Source: Auanema rhodensis
Lineage: Eukaryota; Animalia; Nematoda
Assembly (NCBI GenBank): GCA_964057225.1
Contig: OZ059898.1
Location: 2,666,001-2,730,000, forward strand
Length of the DNA stretch: 64,000 bases
Direction of reading: 5' to 3'
Below are positions 56,901 to 64,000 of this stretch, piece by piece; positions within the stretch are counted from its first letter, which is position 1, and each line of letters begins with the position of its first letter. Position numbers and translations under genes: made by a program. The notes beneath the pieces are model-generated. The model made no database searches, was not told the origin of the DNA, and worked only from the letters and a program-made list of their open reading frames with translations.

Positions 56901-59900
56901 TTTGGTAAATTATTTTGAAATTTTTCGAAAAAATTTTTGTCAAAATGTTTTTGGAAGCAATGTTGAGTGTACATGGAAACTCAACATACACTAATGCATC
57001 ATTTTTCAAACGATCATAACTAATTTTTGTATTAAGCTTTTCTCAATGTAGTATAGTGCATACGATGCGGATTTTTAAGCTGCGTCGATCTGTGTTATCA
57101 GATTTGCGCTAGCTTAAAAATGCACCGAGATATCAACTGATATAAGTTCACACTTATATCCTCGATTTTCATCCTGAAGAATTAATTTTTTCGTTGAATA
57201 ACATTGTCCATCGTCTTTGCCTTGAAAAATGGAATCTAAAAACATCTACTTTTTGCTAAATTATTTTGAAATTTTTCGAAAAAATTTTTGTCAAAATGTT
57301 TTTGGAAGCAATGTTGAGTGTACATGGAAACTCAACATACACTAATGCATCATTTTTCAAACGATCATAACTTATTTTTGTATTAAGCTTTTCTCAATGT
57401 AGTATAGTGCATACGATGCGGATTTTTAAGCTGCGTCGATCTGTGTTATCAGATTTGCGCTAGCTTAAAAATGCACCGAGATATCAACTGATATAAGTTC
57501 ACACTTATATCCTCGATTTTCACCCTGAAGAATTAACTTTTTCGTTGAATAACATTGTCTATCGTCTTTGCCTTGAAAAATGGAATCTAAAAACATCTAC
57601 TTTTTGCTAAATTATTCTGAAATTTTTCGAAAAAATTTTTGTCAAAATGTTTTTGGAAGCAATGTTGAGTGTACATGGAAACTCAACATACACTAATGCA
57701 TCATTTTTCAAACAATCATAACTAATTTTTGTATTAAGCTTTTCTCAATGTAGTATAGTGCATTCGTTGCGGATTTTTAAGCTGCGTCGATCTGTGTTAT
57801 CAGATTTGCGCTAGCTTAAAAATGCACCGAGATATCAACTGATATAAGTTCACACTTATATCCTCGATTTTCACCCTGAAGAATTAACTTTTTCGTTGAA
57901 TAACATTGTCTATCGTCTTTGCCTTGAAAAATGGAATCTAAAAACATCTACTTTTTGGTAAATTATTTTGAAATTTTTCGAAAAAATTTTTGTCAAAATG
58001 TTTTTGGAAGCAATGTTGAGTGTACATGGAAACTCAACATACACTAATGCATCATTTTTCAAACGATCATAACTAATTTTTGTATTAAGCGTTTCTCAAT
58101 GTAGTATAGTGCATTCGATGCGGATTTTTAAGCTGCGTCGATCTCTGTTATCAGATTTGCGCTAGCTTAAAAATGCACCGAGATATCAACTGATATAAGT
58201 TCACACTTATATCCTCGATTTTCACCCTGAAGAATTAATTTTTTCGTTGAATAACATTGTCCATCGTCTTTGCCTTGAAAAATGGAATCTTAAAACATCT
58301 ACTTTTTTCTAAATTATTTTGAAATTTTTCGAAAAAATTTTTGTCAAAATGTTTTTGGAAGCAATGTTGAGTGTACATGGAAACTCAACATACACTAATG
58401 CATCATTTTTCAAACGATCATAACTAATTTTTGTATTAAGCTTTTCTCAATGTAGTATAGTGCATACGATGCGGATTTTTAAGCTGCGTCGATCTGTGTT
58501 ATCAGATTTGCGCTAGCTTAAAAATGCACCGAGATATCAACTGATATAAGTTCACACTTATATCCTCGATTTTCATCCTGAAGAATTAATTTTTTCGTTG
58601 AATAACATTGTCCATCGTCTTTGCCTTGAAAAATGGAATCTAAAAACATCTACTTTTTGCTAAATTATTTAGAAATTTTTCGAAAAAATTTTTGTCAAAA
58701 TGTTTTTGGAAGCAATGTTGAGTGTACATGGAAACTCAACATACACTAATGCATCATTTTTCAAACGATCATAACTAATTTTTGTATTAAGCTTTTCTCA
58801 ATGTAGTATAGTGCATACGATGCGGATTTTTAAGCTGCGTCGATCTGTGTTATCAGATTTGCGCTAGCTTAAAAATGCACCGAGATATCAACTGATATAA
58901 GTTCACACTTATATCCTCGATTTTCACCCTGAAGAATTAACTTTTTCGTTGAATAACATTGTCTATCGTCTTTGCCTTGAAAAATGGAATCTAAAAACAT
59001 CTACTTTTTGCTAAATTATTCTGAAATTTTTCGAAAAAATTTTTGTCAAAATGTTTTTGGAAGCAATGTTGAGTGTACATGGAAACTCAACATACACTAA
59101 TGCATCATTTTTCAAACGGTCATAACTAATTTTTGTATCAAGCGTTTCTTAATGTAGTATAGTGCATTCGATCCGGATTTTTAAGCTGCGTCGATCTGTG
59201 TTATCAGATTTGCGCTAGCTTAAAAATGCACCGAGATATCAACTGATATAAGTTCACACTTATATCCTCGATTTTCACCCTGAAGAATTAATTTTTTTGT
59301 TGAATAACATTGTCCATCGTCTTTGCCTTGAAAAATGGAATCTAAAAACATCTACTTTTTGCTAAATTATTTTGAAATTTTTCGAAAAAATTTTTGTCAA
59401 AATGTTTTTGGAAGCAATGTTGAGTGTACATGGAAACTCAACATACACTAATGCATCATTTTTCAAACGATCATAACTAATTTTTGTATTAAGCGTTTCT
59501 CAATGTAGTATAGTGCATTCGATGCGGATTTTTAAGCTGCGTCGATCTGTGTTATCAGATTTGCGCTAGCTTAAAAATGCACCGAGATATCAACTGATAT
59601 AAGTTCACACTTATATCCTCGATTTTCATCCTGAAGAATTAATTTTTTCGTTGAATAACATTGTCCATCGTCTTTGCCTTGAAAAATGGAATCTAAAAAC
59701 ATCTACTTTTTGCTAAATTATTTTGAAATTTTTCGAAAAAATTTTTGTCAAAATGTTTTTGGAAGCAATGTTGAGTGTACATGGAAACTCAACATACACT
59801 AATGCATCATTTTTCAAACGATCATAACTAATTTTTGTATTAAGCTTTTCTCAATGTAGTATAGTGCATACGATGCGGATTTTTAAGCTGCGTCGATCTG

Positions 59901-62900
59901 TGTTATCAGATTTGCGCTAGCTTAAAAATGCACCGAGATATCAACTGATATAAGTTCACACTTATATCCTCGATTTTCACCCTGAAGAATTAACTTTTTC
60001 GTTGAATAACATTGTCTATCGTCTTTGCCTTGAAAAATGGAATCTAAAAACATCTACTTTTTGCTAAATTATTCTGAAATTTTTCGAAAAAATTTTTGTC
60101 AAAATGTTTTTGGAAGCAATGTTGAGTGTACATGGAAACTCAACATACACTAATGCATCATTTTTCAAACAATCATAACTAATTTTTGTATTAAGCTTTT
60201 TTCAATGTAGTATAGTGCATTCGTTGCGGATTTTTAAGCTGCGTCGATCTGTGTTATCAGATTTGCGCTAGCTTAAAAATGCACCGAGATATCAACTGAT
60301 ATAAGTTCACACTTATATCCTCGATTTTCACCCTGAAGAATTAACTTTTTCGTTGAATAACATTGTCTATCGTCTTTGCCTTGAAAAATGGAATCTAAAA
60401 ACATCTACTTTTTGGTAAATTATTTTGAAATTTTTCGAAAAAATTTTTGTCAAAATGTTTTTGGAAGCAATGTTGAGTGTACATGGAAACTCAACATACA
60501 CTAATGCATCATTTTTCAAACGATCATAACTAATTTTTGTATTAAGCGTTTCTCAATGTAGTATAGTGCATTCGATGCGGATTTTTAAGCTGCGTCGATC
60601 TCTGTTATCAGATTTGCGCTAGCTTAAAAATGCACCGAGATATCAACTGATATAAGTTCACACTTATATCCTCGATTTTCACCCTGAAGAATTAACTTTT
60701 TCGTTGAATAACATTGTCTATCGTCTTTGCCTTGAAAAATGGAATCTAAAAACATCTACTTTTTGGTAAATTATTTTGAAATTTTTCGAAAAAATTTTTG
60801 TCAAAATGTTTTTGGAAGCAATGTTGAGTGTACATGGAAACTCAACATACACTAATGCATCATTTTTCAAACGATCATAACTAATTTTTGTAATAAGCGT
60901 TTCTCAATGTAGTATAGTGCATTCGATGCGGATTTTTAAGCTGCGTCGATCTCTGTTATCAGATTTGCGCTAGCTTAAAAATGCACCGAGATATCAACTG
61001 ATATAAGTTCACACTTATATCCTCGATTTTCACCCTGAAGAATTAATTTTTTCGTTGAATAACATTGTCCATCGTCTTTGCCTTGAAAAATGGAATCTTA
61101 AAACATCTACTTTTTTCTAAATTATTTTGAAATTTTTCGAAAAAATTTTTGTCAAAATGTTTTTGGAAGCAATGTTGATTGTACATGGAAACTCAACATA
61201 CACTAATGCATCATTTTTCAAACGATCATAACTAATTTTTGTATCAAGTGTTTCTCAATGTAATATAGTGCATTCGATGCGGATTTTTAAGCTGCGTCGA
61301 TCTGTGTTATCAGATTTGCGCTAGCTTAAAAATGCACCGAGATATCAACTGATATAAGTTCACACTTATATCCTCGATTTTCACCCTGAAGAATTAATTT
61401 TTTCGTTGAATAACATTGTCCATCGTCTTTGCTTTGAAAAATGGAATCTAAAAACATCTACTTTTTGCTAAATTATTTTGAAATTTTTCGAAACAATTTT
61501 TGTCAAAATGTTTTTGGAAGCAATGTTGAGTGTACATGGAAACTCAACATACACTAATGCATCATTTTTCAAACGGTCATAACTAATTTTTGTATCAAGC
61601 GTTTCTTAATGTAGTATAGTGCATTCGATCCGGATTTTTAAGCTGCGTCGATCTGTGTTATCAGATTTGCGCTAGCTTAAAAATGCACCGAGATATCAAC
61701 TGATATAAGTTCACACTTATATCCTCGATTTTCACCCTGAAGAATTAATTTTTTTTGTTGAATAACATTGTCCATCGTCTTTGCCTTGAAAAATGGAATC
61801 TAAAAACATCTACTTTTTGCTAAATTATTTTGAAATTTTTCGAAAAAATTTTTGTCAAAATGTTTTTGGAAGCAATGTTGAGTGTACATGGAAACTCAAC
61901 ATACACTAATGCATCATTTTTCAAACGGTCATAACTAATTTTTGTATCAAGCGTTTCTTAATGTAGTATAGTGCATTCGATCCGGATTTTTAAGCTGCGT
62001 CGATCTGTGTTATCAGATTTGCGCTAGCTTAAAAATGCACCGAGATATCAACTGATATAAGTTCACACTTATATCCTCGATTTTCACCCTGAAGAATTAA
62101 TTTTTTTGTTGAATAACATTGTCCATCGTCTTTGCCTTGAAAAATGGAATCTAAAAACATCTACTTTTTGCTAAATTATTTTGAAATTTTTCGAAAAAAT
62201 TTTTGTCAAAATGTTTTTGGAAGCAATGTTGAGTGTACATGGAAACTCAACATACACTAATGCATCATTTTTCAAACGATCATAACTAATTTTTGTATTA
62301 AGCTTTTCTCAATGTAGTATAGTGCATACGATGCGGATTTTTAAGCTGCGTCGATCTGTGTTATCAGATTTGCGCTAGCTTAAAAATGCACCGAGATATC
62401 AACTGATATAAGTTCACACTTATATCCTCGATTTTCACCCTGAAGAATTAACTTTTTCGTTGAATAACATTGTCTATCGTCTTTGCCTTGAAAAATGGAA
62501 TCTAAAAACATCTACTTTTTGCTAAATTATTCTGAAATTTTTCGAAAAAATTTTTGTCAAAATGTTTTTGGAAGCAATGTTGAGTGTACATGGAAACTCA
62601 ACATACACTAATGCATCATTTTTCAAACAATCATAACTAATTTTTGTATTAAGCTTTTCTCGATGTAGTATAGTGCATTCGTTGCGGATTTTTAAGCTGC
62701 GTCGATCTGTGTTATCAGATTTGCGCTAGCTTAAAAATGCACCGAGATATCAACTGATATAAGTTCACACTTATATCCTCGATTTTCACCCTGAAGAATT
62801 AACTTTTTCGTTGAATAACATTGTCTATCGTCTTTGCCTTGAAAAATGGAATCTAAAAACATCTACTTTTTGGTAAATTATTTTGAAATTTTTCGAAAAA

Positions 62901-64000
62901 ATTTTTGTCAAAATGTTTTTGGAAGCAATGTTGAGTGTACATGGAAACTCAACATACACTAATGCATCATTTTTCAAACGATCATAACTAATTTTTGTAT
63001 TAAGCTTTTCTCAATGTAGTATAGTGCATACGATGCGGATTTTTAAGCTGCGTCGATCTGTGTTATCAGATTTGCGCTAGCTTAAAAATGCACCGAGATA
63101 TCAACTGATATAAGTTCACACTTATATCCTCGATTTTCATCCTGAAGAATTAATTTTTTCGTTGAATAACATTGTCCATCGTCTTTGCCTTGAAAAATGG
63201 AATCTAAAAACATCTACTTTTTGCTAAATTATTTTGAAATTTTTCGAAAAAATTTTTGTCAAAATGTTTTTGGAAGCAATGTTGAGTGTACATGGAAACT
63301 CAACATACACTAATGCATCATTTTTCAAACGATCATAACTAATTTTTGTATTAAGCTTTTCTCAATGTAGTATAGTGCATACGATGCGGATTTTTAAGCT
63401 GCGTCGATCTGTGTTATCAGATTTGCGCTAGCTTAAAAATGCACCGAGATATCAACTGATATAAGTTCACACTTATATCCTCGATTTTCACCCTGAAGAA
63501 TTAACTTTTTCGTTGAATAACATTGTCTATCGTCTTTGCCTTGAAAAATGGAATCTAAAAACATCTACTTTTTGCTAAATTATTCTGAAATTTTTCGAAA
63601 AAATTTTTGTCAAAATGTTTTTGGAAGCAATGTTGAGTGTACATGGAAACTCAACATACACTAATGCATCATTTTTCAAACAATCATAACTAATTTTTGT
63701 ATTAAGCTTTTCTCAATGTAGTATAGTGCATTCGTTGCGGATTTTTAAGCTGCGTCGATCTGTGTTATCAGATTTGCGCTAGCTTAAAAATGCACCGAGA
63801 TATCAACTGATATAAGTTCACACTTATATCCTCGATTTTCACCCTGAAGAATTAACTTTTTCGTTGAATAACATTGTCTATCGTCTTTGCCTTGAAAAAT
63901 GGAATCTAAAAACATCTACTTTTTGGTAAATTATTTTGAAATTTTTCGAAAAAATTTTTGTCAAAATGTTTTTGGAAGCAATGTTGAGTGTACATGGAAA

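Larger units (their letters stand above)
1..64000. repeat. Tandem satellite DNA array, 351-bp monomer, 182 full copies plus one partial; appears to continue beyond both window edges
   Basis: ATCGTCTTTGCC recurs at 1, 351, 702, 1053, 1404, 1755, 2106, 2457, 2807, then every 351 bp (e.g. 4211, 7721, 11231) to 45629; then 45979...48787; then 49137...61071, 61422, 61774...63880. The ORF track repeats at 351, 1053 and 20007 (57x351) offsets. Monomers differ by only a few substitutions; no inversions or foreign insertions seen. Confidence 0.99.

Noticed and set aside
1-64000. CRISPR array or other repeat-spacer system, suggested by regularly spaced palindromes
   Set aside because: There are no unique spacers; the sequence between palindromes is itself repeated almost identically, and no cas or other genes are present.
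1-64000. Array as an assembly or synthetic concatemer artefact
   Set aside because: Linked, position-restricted haplotypes and nested duplications are not expected from random error or collapsed repeats, although local copy numbers still need read support.

Overview
The whole 64 kb window is one uninterrupted head-to-tail array of an AT-rich (about 32% GC by hand count of the consensus) 351-bp satellite monomer: 182 complete copies plus a 121-bp partial copy, all in the same orientation. Consensus, phased at position 1: ATCGTCTTTGCCTTGAAAAATGGAATCTAAAAACATCTACTTTTTGCTAAATTATTTTGAAATTTTTCGAAAAAATTTTTGTCAAAATGTTTTTGGAAGCAATGTTGAGTGTACATGGAAACTCAACATACACTAATGCATCATTTTTCAAACGATCATAACTAATTTTTGTATCAAGCGTTTCTCAATGTAGTATAGTGCATTCGATGCGGATTTTTAAGCTGCGTCGATCTGTGTTATCAGATTTGCGCTAGCTTAAAAATGCACCGAGATATCAACTGATATAAGTTCACACTTATATCCTCGATTTTCACCCTGAAGAATTAATTTTTTCGTTGAATAACATTGTCC. 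It looks like eukaryotic, probably (peri)centromeric, satellite DNA; I cannot name the species or family. I find no genes, RNA genes, transposon insertions or CRISPR array, and the four 75-aa ORFs are by-products of the repeat. The interesting structure is (i) a monomer built largely from dyad symmetries, including a decayed palindrome of about 126 bp and two nearly invariant perfect 9-bp inverted repeats, and (ii) a readable history of array growth: local 1-, 2-, 3-, 4-, 7- and 9-monomer tandem duplications, block copies at 10-, 13-, 26- and 27-monomer offsets, and a left-to-right turnover of diagnostic variants between about 32 and 38 kb. All variant typing was done by eye. I do not see evidence for a novel protein-coding system.
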